Shown piece after piece: positions 42,234-52,092 of a stretch of 64,000 nucleotides of DNA (the stretch's first letter is position 1; every line of letters starts with the position of its first letter). Below the pieces are notes generated by a model that did not search any database, had not been told where the DNA came from, and was given only the letters and a program-made list of their open reading frames with translations. Origin of the DNA: an uncultured Sulfolobales archaeon (GTDB lineage: Archaea > Thermoproteota > Thermoprotei_A > Sulfolobales > NBVN01); assembly GCA_938045815.1 (NCBI GenBank), contig CALIBI010000007.1, forward strand, positions 19,864-83,863. The letters are read 5' to 3'. A program made the translations under genes and the position numbers.

Positions 42234-44675
42234 CTAAATAACTAGGAAGATACCTTCAGCCAGCTTCACAGCACTAGCTACGTCGGTGGGAGCACCTATA
42301 ACGACTGACTTAATTTTATGGAGGTCCTTAATGTCGTGCGCTATCGCCTTATACTCTTCCGAGAGATACAACGTACCTTCTAGTGGTTCAGTAAACGATA
42401 TATTCTTTTCTTTCTTATACTTCCATATTGCTGAGTTAGCTGTTATTAGGTACTCTATTAGCTTCTCATCACCGCCTAAATCTCTTAAGTCTTCCTCAGT
42501 TATCGTAACTCTCCTTAACCCGTCACCAGAATACATATTCCTCCACAGATAATCCGTGACGAAAGGCATTACTGGATGTAGAGTCTTTAGTATGAGCTTG
42601 AAGACTCTGTGTAGAACGTACCTAGCGCCGTTCACGTACCTCATGTCGTAATCACCTAAACCGTAAGCTCTCAGCTTAACACTCTCAAGATAGTTTGAAG
42701 CGAAAACATCCCACGCTAGTGCGTATAACTCGTTTATCGGTCTGAAAACATCGAGTTCCTCATAGTGCTTGAGTACCTTCTTGATTACTGAGACAGCGTA
42801 CTTAAGCATAGCTCTATCTAGATCCTTTAAAACGGAATCTCTTAGAGGAGGTTCTTCAAAGAATGAGATAAATCTCCCTATATTGACTAACTTAGTTGCG
42901 AAAGCTAGCCCACTCCTAACTAAGTCCTCCGACCACCTGTAATCACTACCAAGCATGCCGGAGATCGCTGCCCAATACCTGAACGCGTCAGCACCGTACT
43001 TCTCGATATACGGCAATGGCGGGACGATATTGCCGAGAGACTTATGCATTGCCCTACCCTTAGGGTCTAAACCCATACCAGAAATCCTAACCCACCTAAA
43101 AGGAGGTTTGCCAGTAAGCAGCCAGACACGTAGTGTGGAGTAGTAGAGCCAGGTTCTTATTATGTCGTATCCCTGAGGTCTGAGCGAGTGATCCAGTGCT
43201 TTGAGAGCAGCTTCCTTATTTTCGAGCCATCTAGTCACGTACAAAACACTTATTGAAGAATCAAACCACGTATCGAAGGTTCTGGTCTCACCTACTAGTT
43301 CTTCTCTTGGAGCCCCGCAGTTAGGGCATTTCTCGTGGGGTGGCGGGTCTATCCAAGGTCTCACATACTCACCATACTTACCGAAAACTATGTGTCCGCA
43401 CTTCCTACATCTCCAGATAGGTATTTCAGTTCCGTAGAATCTAGTCCTAGAGATAGGCCAGTCCATCTTTAATGAAGTCACCCAACTATCAAACTTTACC
43501 TTATGCTCAACAGGTTTGAAGATCATCATGTTACCTATCCTTAGTACATCGTCCTTGAAATCTAGCTGCTTCAGAAAGAACTCTCTGACGTGAATATACT
43601 CTACCGGTGTTTTACACCTCCAGCAAACAGGAACCTCGTGCTTTAGGTCTTCCTCCCTGACCAGGAAATTATTCTTACGTAACTCCTCCACCATGACTTT
43701 CCTAGCCTCCCTAACGCTCAACCCCTTAAGAATCCCTGCATTCTCGTTCATGGTTCCGTCTAAATTGATAAGTATTCTGGGGGTAAGTCCCTGCTCCTTA
43801 AAGAACCAGATATCTCTGGTGTCTCCGTAAGAACACATCATCGCTAGCCCGGTCCCGAACTCAGGATTAGCGTAAGTGCTAGGCATCACAGGTATTACGT
43901 TATTATATAGGGGGATGATCGCGTGCTTTCCTTCAAGATACTTATACCTAGTATCATCGGGGTGAAAAATAACAGCACCACACCCGTTAAGTAATTCAGG
44001 TCGGGTAGTAGCTATCACTACATCTTCGTTAGTCTCGAGAACCCTAAACCTAATGTAGTATAACTTACCTTCCTCCTCCTTCATCTCTATTTCTGCTTCA
44101 GCAAGTGACGTCCTACATCTAGGGCACCACATTACTGGTCTCTCAGCTTCGTATATTAGGCCCTTACTCCATAAATCGATGAAGGTAGCTTGAGTTAGTC
44201 TCCTATACTTCGGGGAGTCTGTTCCGTCAGTCCAATACTGGAATGAGCACCCTAACCTCTTCCACACCTTAACTAAGGAAGCCTCATACTCATCTAAAAC
44301 CTCACTAACCAGCTTAAGAAACTTGAGCCTCCCTTCAGGAGTATTAGCTATCTCGTGTGCTGAAATCCCGTACCGTTTCTCTACCGTTACCTCACCAGGC
44401 AAGCCGTTCCTATCTGCGTAGAAAGGCAGCAGAACCTTATATCCAAGTAACCTCAACGCGCGAGCCACCATATCTATCTGGGCGTAGTGAGCTGCCTGAC
44501 CAACACCCCATTCTCCGGAGGGGTAGGGTGGTGGTGTGTCTATAACTACGTACTTATCCTCGCTTAGAAAATCTATTAAAGGCTCCTCAAATTTTTCTTC
44601 CTCCCACTTCCTGAGTAGTTCCTCCTCTAGAGAGGAACCCCACCTCTTAATTTTTATTTTCGGTTCTAGTACCAC
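42234..44675 (-). CDS. valS: Valyl-tRNA synthetase
   Basis: IDTPPPYPSG, WCPRCRTSLAEAE, IATTRPELL, DWPISR, DTWFDSS, RPQGYDIIRTW and YGADAFR. Confidence 0.9.
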   Translation of the reverse strand: MVLEPKIKIKRWGSSLEEELLRKWEEEKFEEPLIDFLSEDKYVVIDTPPPYPSGEWGVGQAAHYAQIDMVARALRLLGYKVLLPFYADRNGLPGEVTVEKRYGISAHEIANTPEGRLKFLKLVSEVLDEYEASLVKVWKRLGCSFQYWTDGTDSPKYRRLTQATFIDLWSKGLIYEAERPVMWCPRCRTSLAEAEIEMKEEEGKLYYIRFRVLETNEDVVIATTRPELLNGCGAVIFHPDDTRYKYLEGKHAIIPLYNNVIPVMPSTYANPEFGTGLAMMCSYGDTRDIWFFKEQGLTPRILINLDGTMNENAGILKGLSVREARKVMVEELRKNNFLVREEDLKHEVPVCWRCKTPVEYIHVREFFLKQLDFKDDVLRIGNMMIFKPVEHKVKFDSWVTSLKMDWPISRTRFYGTEIPIWRCRKCGHIVFGKYGEYVRPWIDPPPHEKCPNCGAPREELVGETRTFDTWFDSSISVLYVTRWLENKEAALKALDHSLRPQGYDIIRTWLYYSTLRVWLLTGKPPFRWVRISGMGLDPKGRAMHKSLGNIVPPLPYIEKYGADAFRYWAAISGMLGSDYRWSEDLVRSGLAFATKLVNIGRFISFFEEPPLRDSVLKDLDRAMLKYAVSVIKKVLKHYEELDVFRPINELYALAWDVFASNYLESVKLRAYGLGDYDMRYVNGARYVLHRVFKLILKTLHPVMPFVTDYLWRNMYSGDGLRRVTITEEDLRDLGGDEKLIEYLITANSAIWKYKKEKNISFTEPLEGTLYLSEEYKAIAHDIKDLHKIKSVVIGAPTDVASAVKLAEGIFLVI

Positions 44676-44817
44676 TTAATCACCTATACCATTAACGAGC
44701 TAAGTTTATTAATTTATACTCTACTTACTCCTAACACTAGGTGCTTTATTTAGTTGAGAAGCTAGTACAGCGAGTGAAAACTTTATTTATGCTGATATAA
44801 TATTTATTGGGATAAAT

Positions 44818-45960
44818 ATGTCGATCAAAGTAGTGATGCTTGGTGCTGGGTACGTCACCGCACACCTAGCTACAGGCTTGGAAAGACTTAAGAAAGGACT
44901 TATCGAGCCTTACGGGATACCCTTAGCTAAGTACGCGCTCCCATATAGTTTGAGAGATATAGAGATAGTAGGGGTCTACGACGTCGATGAGAGTAAGGTT
45001 GGTAAGACTCTATATGACGTAGCTAAAGAAGTTATGGGTAGTGAGTACCCGGTCCCGGAAGAACTAAAAACAGTAATTATCAGGAGAGGAATAAGAAGAA
45101 AATCTACTGACGGGCTAGATATGCGAGCTAAGGGATTAGATGATCTGATGAGTTACGAGGATAGCTTAAAGACGTTATTGAATGAGTGGCTAGATTTAAG
45201 ACCTGACGTCATAGTTAACGTAATAACTACGGAGTATGGTGAGGAGTATCCCGATGAGTCAGTAGCTCTCGGCAAGATCTTGAGGGGGGATGTACCAGCC
45301 ACTCATTCTTACGCTTACGTAGCATCCATGTACGCTAAGATTAAGGGCGGTGTAGCTTTCGTTAACGCGATACCAACACCTGTAGCGAATAATCCCGGAC
45401 TACTCAAGCTTCTTGAGGAATCAGGCGTCGTAGTTTTCGGCGATGATGGAGCTACTGGAGCAACTCCATTAACAGCTGATTTAATAGAGCATTTAACAGA
45501 GAGAAACAGACTGATAGAATTCATAGTGCAGTTCAACATAGGAGGCAACACAGATTTCTACGCTCTAACAAGACAAGACAGAAACCACATGAAGGAACTT
45601 ACTAAAACTAGCATGATAAAAGATATTACGGGTTATGAAGTCCCTGCATTCATAAAACCCACAGGATACCTAGAACCCCTAGGAGATAAGAAATACGTCG
45701 CTATGCACATAGAGTACATAAGCTTTAACGGATTCAGAGATTCCATATACATAAACGCAAGAATAAATGACTCCCCAGCTCTAGCAGGAATCTTATGCGA
45801 CCTAATAAGACTAGGTAAGATATCCCTAGATAGAGGATGGAAAGGAACAATCTACGAGGTTAACGCTTTCTACATGAAAAAACCAGGACCTCAAGGAGCC
45901 CCCAACATAGCTAAAAACAAAGCATACGAACTACTACTCAGTAAGTTCGGATTAAAATGA
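44818..45960 (+). CDS. ino1: myo-Inositol-1-phosphate synthase
   Basis: GDDGATGATP, QFNIGGNTDF, YLEPLGDKK and INDSPALAG. Confidence 0.9.
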   Translation: MSIKVVMLGAGYVTAHLATGLERLKKGLIEPYGIPLAKYALPYSLRDIEIVGVYDVDESKVGKTLYDVAKEVMGSEYPVPEELKTVIIRRGIRRKSTDGLDMRAKGLDDLMSYEDSLKTLLNEWLDLRPDVIVNVITTEYGEEYPDESVALGKILRGDVPATHSYAYVASMYAKIKGGVAFVNAIPTPVANNPGLLKLLEESGVVVFGDDGATGATPLTADLIEHLTERNRLIEFIVQFNIGGNTDFYALTRQDRNHMKELTKTSMIKDITGYEVPAFIKPTGYLEPLGDKKYVAMHIEYISFNGFRDSIYINARINDSPALAGILCDLIRLGKISLDRGWKGTIYEVNAFYMKKPGPQGAPNIAKNKAYELLLSKFGLK

Positions 45961-45994
45961 TAAACCCATATTTAGTAAAGCACCTGCTTACGTA

Positions 45995-46031
45995 CTGAAA
46001 GCTATGCTTCTTTAAGCAGGGAGAACGTCAG
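45995..46031 (+). mobile_element. Degenerate IS200/IS605-family terminal sequence (orphan end)
   Basis: CTGAAAGCTATGCTTCTTTAAGCAGGGAGAACGTCAG aligns to the crenarchaeal IS605-type end as I recall it (CTGAAAGCCTCGCCCTTTAGGGCGGGGAGGAGGTCAG); no transposase nearby. Confidence 0.45.
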
Positions 46032-46078
46032 TAACTAGAGCTTATTTAGTAGTCACGAAAATATTTCGGGATTCGTGA

Positions 46079-47005
46079 ATGAAGGGTGTTTTAGTAATTC
46101 ATTGTGGGGCTGGAACTTGGAGAGGTGTTGATGAGGAAACCATAAAGAAAGTGATAGTGGATACTCTAAGGAGAGGGATTGACGTATTAGTGGGTGGGGG
46201 TACAGCTTTAGACGCGGTTGTTGAGGCTACTATGTCGTTGGAGGATTCAGGGGTTTTGAATGCTGGTCTTGGTTCAGTGCCTGACTTAAGAGGTAATGTG
46301 TGGATGGATGCTGGTGTGATGGATGGTTGGAGCGGTCGCGCGGGAGCTGCTGCCGCGGTCACATATCCTAAAAACCCAGTACTCTTGGCTCGCAAGATTC
46401 TCGAATTAACAGATCATATTATGTTGGCTGGTAGCGCTGCTGACGAGTTAGCGATTAAATTAGGTCTTCCTAAACATCCAGGACCTTCCGAAAGAGTTAA
46501 GAAGCGTTATGAGGAAGTACTCAAGAAAGCGTCTTCAGGTGATGCGGTATTTAAGAAGAGTTTCGAGTTAGCTCAGAAATTAGGTTACTTCGATACTGTT
46601 GGTGCGGTTGCTTTAGATAATGAGGGTAAGCTAGCTGCAGCAGTATCTACTGGCGGCGTAATCTTGAAGTTCCCGGGACGTGTTGGTGACTCAGCAATCC
46701 CTGGCGCGGGATTCTACGCTAATAAGTACGGAGCTGCTGTAGCTACGGGGATAGGTGAGACAATAATGATGAGTATGTTATCGCTCAGAGCAGTAAACCT
46801 GATTAGTGAGGGGTATTTAGCTGATACTGCCGCTCGCTTAGCTATTCAGTACCATACGTCTCTGTACGGCAAAGATACTGCAGGACTCATAACACTCGAT
46901 TATAGAGGTAATGCGTACGGTGCTTACAACACGCAGGCGATGCCATGGGGTTACGCGAAAACAGAAACGAGAGAAGTCGTGATTTCAGGGCTTAAGAAAC
47001 CATAA
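46079..47005 (+). CDS. Isoaspartyl peptidase/L-asparaginase (Ntn hydrolase)
   Basis: IHCGAG, LED...NAG.GS, MDAGVMDG, DTVGAVALD autocleavage site, GRVGDS and TGIGE. Confidence 0.92.
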   Translation: MKGVLVIHCGAGTWRGVDEETIKKVIVDTLRRGIDVLVGGGTALDAVVEATMSLEDSGVLNAGLGSVPDLRGNVWMDAGVMDGWSGRAGAAAAVTYPKNPVLLARKILELTDHIMLAGSAADELAIKLGLPKHPGPSERVKKRYEEVLKKASSGDAVFKKSFELAQKLGYFDTVGAVALDNEGKLAAAVSTGGVILKFPGRVGDSAIPGAGFYANKYGAAVATGIGETIMMSMLSLRAVNLISEGYLADTAARLAIQYHTSLYGKDTAGLITLDYRGNAYGAYNTQAMPWGYAKTETREVVISGLKKP

Positions 47006-47623
47006 ACTTTTTCGCGGCTTTCTAGTTCTTATTATTCTTAATGCCTCCTCACGTAGCTTAATGTCTGTGCTTAACTCACCTCTCGTTGTGAGAGTAACCA
47101 TACTTAAAGGTTCTTCTACCCCCCGTATTAGGGCGCACGTATGTATAGCTTCTATCATTACTAAGAGCCCCTCAGTTTTGAGTTTCTCGAACAAGTAGTC
47201 AGCTACTTCTTCTGTGAGTCTCTCCTGGAGCTGCAACCTCCTAGCAAAAACATCAACAACCCTAGCAAACTTACTTAACCCGAACACTTCATTGCTTGGA
47301 ACGTAAACTATGTAGGCATTCCCATAGAACGGTAGTAGGTGGTGTTCGCATATAGACCTAACAGGTATGTTTAGTATAGCAACGAGTCTGTTAGTACTTA
47401 TGTAGTTTGCTGAGTTAACGTAGAAATACTTCAGGTGCTCGTCCGGGTCTTTCCCGTACCCTGAAGCTAGCTCCCAGAGCCACATCCTAGCTACTCGTTC
47501 TGGTGTGTCCTTGAGTTCAGGTCTATCGGGATTATCACCGATGAGTTTTATAAAGTCTCTCACAACATTCTTGAGTTTCTCAAACCTATCACTTAAGTCT
47601 TCCTCACTCACCATACTCAGCAC
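46985..47623 (-). CDS. folE: GTP cyclohydrolase I (FolE type)
   Basis: TPERVARM, SICEHHLLPF, GLSKFAR, RRLQLQERLT and HTC...RG. Confidence 0.93.
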   Translation of the reverse strand: MLSMVSEEDLSDRFEKLKNVVRDFIKLIGDNPDRPELKDTPERVARMWLWELASGYGKDPDEHLKYFYVNSANYISTNRLVAILNIPVRSICEHHLLPFYGNAYIVYVPSNEVFGLSKFARVVDVFARRLQLQERLTEEVADYLFEKLKTEGLLVMIEAIHTCALIRGVEEPLSMVTLTTRGELSTDIKLREEALRIIRTRKPRKSLWFLKP

Positions 47624-48443
47624 CTACCTCCGAAGTACGTAGCTTAAATTCGATCACTAAGTCAATTCCGAGACCACGTAACGTTTCCTTAATCTTATCG
47701 ACTTTCTTACTTAAGACTAATATATCGTCTTCAGGGTTAACCAAGACTATCGCAGCTCCTTGATAGTGCACGCCATCAACATTTCTTACACGTAGATTGC
47801 TCAGACTTAAAGCATTTTTTCTGAATTCCTCCTTAATGAGTCTCGTTACGTCTAGTGAGGGGGCTGCGTCACCAACATACTTCATGATCTCGGAAAAAAC
47901 TTCTCTTAACTCGTAGAAAATATATAACGCCAGAATTAAAGCACCAACATAGTCTATGAAGTAACTAAGTAGTGCGCCAGCAAGAGAGGAGGTAATGACT
48001 ACCACACCCTCTATTAATTCGCTGGCCGTAAACTTAGAGTAGTGTGTGAAGACCCCGTTTAACTTCCTGGAAACAGATACAGCAATCAAATAACACGAGA
48101 CTCCCAGGAAAGCCATCAAAGGAGCTTCTAGAGATACCGTATACGCTCTGAACTCGATTAACCTGAGTGTTATTATGCCGGCAACGAATGAGTAGATCAT
48201 TAAGGTGGATATAGAGCCCCCGAACGCTAGCTTGTAGTGGCCGAAGTGATGATCTTCGTCCGGGGGCTTAAGACTGCTTCTCCAGTATCTTATAGCTAGT
48301 AGTAAAGCTAGCAGGTTCGCTATAGAGGTCATAGCGTCAACGAAAACAGCTCTAGAACCGTAAAGAATACCTCCTAAGATCTTGAAGAGTCCTCCTAAAC
48401 TCGAGAAAAAGATGATTATTGTTAATGCGCTTCCAGTACCCAG
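47604..48443 (-). CDS. Cation diffusion facilitator family transporter (ORF track starts at 48332; extended CTG start inferred)
   Basis: PPDEDHHFGHYK motif. The in-frame upstream extension GGLFKILGGILYGSRAVFVDAMTS supplies TM1-TM2. Confidence 0.8.
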   Translation of the reverse strand: MGTGSALTIIIFFSSLGGLFKILGGILYGSRAVFVDAMTSIANLLALLLAIRYWRSSLKPPDEDHHFGHYKLAFGGSISTLMIYSFVAGIITLRLIEFRAYTVSLEAPLMAFLGVSCYLIAVSVSRKLNGVFTHYSKFTASELIEGVVVITSSLAGALLSYFIDYVGALILALYIFYELREVFSEIMKYVGDAAPSLDVTRLIKEEFRKNALSLSNLRVRNVDGVHYQGAAIVLVNPEDDILVLSKKVDKIKETLRGLGIDLVIEFKLRTSEVGAEYGE

Positions 48444-48496
48444 TAGCTACCCACCCTTGAATAGAGAAACTAAAACACCTTTAAGCTTTTCACGAC

Positions 48497-51172
48497 CTAA
48501 ATCTTTATTTTAAGGGTTTTCCTAAGCTCATCAACCACCATTATTGGTATTGAGGTCAGGAGCGCTAGGAAAATAAGCTCTAGAGGCAACTCTACAGTCT
48601 TGAATGCTGACGAGAGCTGCGGCACGTATACCGTGATCAGCAACAGGATTAATGAGGCAATTATTGAGGGGATAAGCCACTTATTAAATGGTTTGAACCA
48701 GAAATGCATGCTCTCAGATCTCGAAACTAACGCTCTCCCGAACTCGCTCATCCCGATAGCTATGAAGACTAGCGTTCTGGCTAAGTCTTTATTAATGTAG
48801 GTATTGAGGGTAAACAAATATATAGCTAAGTTAATCAGCCCTATGAGAGAACCTAGCAACACGAAATACGCTATCTTCCTGTTAGTTAAGAAGTGTGTTT
48901 GCCTTTTTCTTGGAGGCCTCCTCATTAAGTCAGGTTCCGGAGGCTCGGTACTGAGAGCTAGAGCAGGTAGAGCGTCCGTCGTAACGTTTATCCACAATAA
49001 TTGTGCTGGGGTTAAGGGTGACGGAAGCATGAGTAGTTCAGCTGATAATATAGTTGCTATCTCACCTAGGTTAGCAGGTAGAAGATAGTTTATCGGCTTC
49101 TTAAGATTCTCAAATATTACTCTCCCCTCCCTAACAGCTGCCGCTATAGTAACGAAATTATCGTCTTTGATGACTAGCTTAGATACTTCCTTAGCTACGT
49201 CAGTTCCTTTAATACCCATAGCTACGCCTAAGTCAGCTTCTTTAAGTGCTAACGCGTCATTCACTCCGTCTCCTGTCATAGCAACCACGTGACCTCTTGC
49301 TTGAAGAGCCTTAACAACTCTCCTCTTATGTTCCGGCGTTACTCTAGCTAGTATAACCACGTCATCTATTACTTTCTCTAATTCTGCGTCACTCATGCTG
49401 TCTAGGTCTTTACCTTCAAGCACTAAGCCTTCGTCAAGCCCTATTAAACGACCTATCGCCTCAGCGGTTAATTTATGATCGCCAGTAATCATCACTGTTT
49501 TTATTCCTGCTCTACGTAACTCCTCCACAGCCTCCCTAACACCTTCCCTCGGAGGATCAATAATCCCCATAATCGATAAGAAAGTAAATTCTTTCTCTAC
49601 TTCCTCAATACTTTGTTCAAGAATATCGTGCTTAACTAACTTGTAAGCAATACCGAACGTTCTGAAGCCTTGGGAAGCTATTGACTCTATATAATTATTT
49701 ATTTCTTCCCTCAACTCATCATTGAGTGGTTCAGGAGATCCGTTAACCATAACGTGACTTGAGAGACTGAGGAGTAATTCAGGAGCTCCAGAGGATATAA
49801 CTAAATATTCGTTGTTGTCGAGCTTATGTATCGTAGTTTTTCTTTTTCTAAACCTATCGAACGGGATGACCTTAATTAGGTTAGTGTTTTTCTTCAAGTC
49901 TTCAACTCTCTCCTTACCCAAGACTTTATAAGAGAATACTAGAGCAGCTCCCTCAGTAGGAGATCCCTTAATTCTCCATACGCCGTTGTCATAGAATAAG
50001 CTGGCGTCCTCACCAACGTGAGTGACTAAGTACTCTGCTAGTTTCTCGAGTTCTCTAGTCATAGTTACTTCGTCTTCAGAGTCGTTAAGAAATACACTAC
50101 CTACTGGCTCAAAACCCTCACCACTTACCTCAAGCTCCGCACCACCGACCCAGACCTTCTTGACAGTCATCTCACCCTTAGTTATGGTTCCTGTCTTGTC
50201 TGACGCTACGACGTCGCAAGCACCTAAGGTTTCTATAGCTCCTAGTTCTCTCACTATTACGTTCTTCTTCGTCATTCTGTATGCTCCTAAAGCGAGTACT
50301 GACGTAACTATAGCAGGCAAGCCCTCCGGTATAGCTGCTACTGCTAAAGCAACAGCAAGAAGTAGTGACTCAATTACCGGTTCTTTGACTACTAAATACG
50401 AGATAACGAATATCAAGACACTTATACCGAGTATTACGGCTCCAAGCTTCTTGCCGAGCTTGTCAAGCTCTTCCTCAAGTAACGTCTTTTTTTCTTTTAT
50501 CTCACCGAGCTTCTCAGCTATCTTACCTAACTCGGTTCTAGAGCCTGTCGCAACTACTACCCCCCTACACTTACCAGAATATATGTAGGTACCCATAAAC
50601 AGCATATTACTTCTTGAGTGAATACTTGTTTCCTCAGATAGTATTAGGGAATGATCTTTCAGAACAGGCTCAGACTCCCCCGTAAGGGGGGACTCATCAA
50701 CCTTCAAGTCTACGGAATCTATGAGTCGAATATCAGCGGGTACTTTATCGCCCTCACTCAGGAGAACAATATCACCCGGCACTAACTCTGTTGAGGGAAT
50801 CACGACAATTTTCCCGTCCCTAACGACCTTAACCTCGGAAACAACGAGTTTCTTTAAAGCTTCTATAGCTTTCTCAGCTCTAAACTCCTGGAGAAAACCT
50901 GAAACACCCATTATGAGAACTATGAGTAGTATAGCTAACGCGTCAGTTAACTCGCCTAGAAACCCCGCGACTAGCGTAGCTATCAACAAAATCAGTATTA
51001 GGAAATTAGTGAACTGCTTAAGAAAAAGCTTAGCTAGAGATTTAGGCTTACCTCTCAACTCGTTAAAACCATATATACCAAGTCTTTTCTCAGCTTCACT
51101 TGATGTAAGTCCTTCTAAGGTAGTGCCGAGCTCTCTAAGGATTTCCTGAGCCTCTCTCGAGTGCCACGCCAT
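48497..51172 (-). CDS. Cation-transporting P-type ATPase (type IIA, Ca2+-like)
   Basis: LTGES, IPEGLP, DKTGT phosphorylation site, DPPR, MITGD, TGDGVND and QLLWINVTTD. Confidence 0.92.
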   Translation of the reverse strand: MAWHSREAQEILRELGTTLEGLTSSEAEKRLGIYGFNELRGKPKSLAKLFLKQFTNFLILILLIATLVAGFLGELTDALAILLIVLIMGVSGFLQEFRAEKAIEALKKLVVSEVKVVRDGKIVVIPSTELVPGDIVLLSEGDKVPADIRLIDSVDLKVDESPLTGESEPVLKDHSLILSEETSIHSRSNMLFMGTYIYSGKCRGVVVATGSRTELGKIAEKLGEIKEKKTLLEEELDKLGKKLGAVILGISVLIFVISYLVVKEPVIESLLLAVALAVAAIPEGLPAIVTSVLALGAYRMTKKNVIVRELGAIETLGACDVVASDKTGTITKGEMTVKKVWVGGAELEVSGEGFEPVGSVFLNDSEDEVTMTRELEKLAEYLVTHVGEDASLFYDNGVWRIKGSPTEGAALVFSYKVLGKERVEDLKKNTNLIKVIPFDRFRKRKTTIHKLDNNEYLVISSGAPELLLSLSSHVMVNGSPEPLNDELREEINNYIESIASQGFRTFGIAYKLVKHDILEQSIEEVEKEFTFLSIMGIIDPPREGVREAVEELRRAGIKTVMITGDHKLTAEAIGRLIGLDEGLVLEGKDLDSMSDAELEKVIDDVVILARVTPEHKRRVVKALQARGHVVAMTGDGVNDALALKEADLGVAMGIKGTDVAKEVSKLVIKDDNFVTIAAAVREGRVIFENLKKPINYLLPANLGEIATILSAELLMLPSPLTPAQLLWINVTTDALPALALSTEPPEPDLMRRPPRKRQTHFLTNRKIAYFVLLGSLIGLINLAIYLFTLNTYINKDLARTLVFIAIGMSEFGRALVSRSESMHFWFKPFNKWLIPSIIASLILLLITVYVPQLSSAFKTVELPLELIFLALLTSIPIMVVDELRKTLKIKI

Positions 51173-51240
51173 TCACTCGCTTCCCAAACTCTTATGTAGT
51201 TGAGGCACGCTTAAAAATTACGATCTGTATTTAGACTTGA

Positions 51241-52062
51241 GTGAACAACTTGAAAGAGATGCTCGTGGCTGTGGCCAGAGAAGTTGCTGACTACTTAACC
51301 GAGACCCGCAGACCCTCTACGATAGTTAGAGTCAACTCTAGCGGAGACACTAGTAAGGTTTTCGATGTAGAAGCAGAAAACATTATCTTTGAGGAGTTGA
51401 GAAGAAGAATTAAAGAATGTTTTCTCTTCGTTAGTGAGGAGTCAGGCGTTCGTCGCTTCTGCGATGAGCCTAGATGGGTTGTTGTGGTAGACCCGGTAGA
51501 CGGGTCTATGAATTATGATGCTCAAATACCTTGGGTATCTATCTCTTTAGCCGTAGCTCCGCTAGAAGGTAGGGAACCAACGATAGGAGATGTTTCTTAC
51601 GCGGTAGTTTATGATGTTTTTCGTAAGATAGACTATAGCTTCGATCAAACGGAGGGAGTAACTATTGCTGGCACTCCAGCAAAAAGAAGACTTAAACCCT
51701 CGAGTGTTGTGTTAGGGTATTTTGAATCACCTGACTCCTACAAGGTAATTCCGTATTACTGGGCTGAGAGAGGTTCTCGAGCTAGCTTGAGATCATTAGG
51801 TAGTGCAGCACTAGACATAATATATGTTGGGTTAGGTAATGCTGAAGTATTCGTTGATACGAGAGCTAAGCTAAGAAACGTTGACGTAGCGGCAGCTTTA
51901 AGGATAGCCTTAGTTCTCGGAGCTAAAGCTAAGTTATGTAGCGATATAAGCGCGTCATCAGTTACGTTAAGAGACATTAAAAAGATTGAGTGCTTGCTAG
52001 TAGGGTATGACGAGAATTATTTAAACAAGCTTAGTAAAGCATACTTTAAGAGTCAGACCTAG
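51241..52062 (+). CDS. Inositol monophosphatase/fructose-1,6-bisphosphatase family
   Basis: SEE, VDPVDGSMN, RSLGSAALD and RNVDVAA. Confidence 0.88.
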   Translation: MNNLKEMLVAVAREVADYLTETRRPSTIVRVNSSGDTSKVFDVEAENIIFEELRRRIKECFLFVSEESGVRRFCDEPRWVVVVDPVDGSMNYDAQIPWVSISLAVAPLEGREPTIGDVSYAVVYDVFRKIDYSFDQTEGVTIAGTPAKRRLKPSSVVLGYFESPDSYKVIPYYWAERGSRASLRSLGSAALDIIYVGLGNAEVFVDTRAKLRNVDVAAALRIALVLGAKAKLCSDISASSVTLRDIKKIECLLVGYDENYLNKLSKAYFKSQT

Positions 52063-52068
52063 ATTAAG

Positions 52069-52082
52069 TTTTCTTAAAAAAA
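52069..52082. terminator. Bidirectional T-rich terminator candidate
   Basis: TTTTCTT followed by A7 between the convergent IMPase gene and the hydrogenase operon. Confidence 0.45.
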
Positions 52083-52092
52083 GTACTTGATC

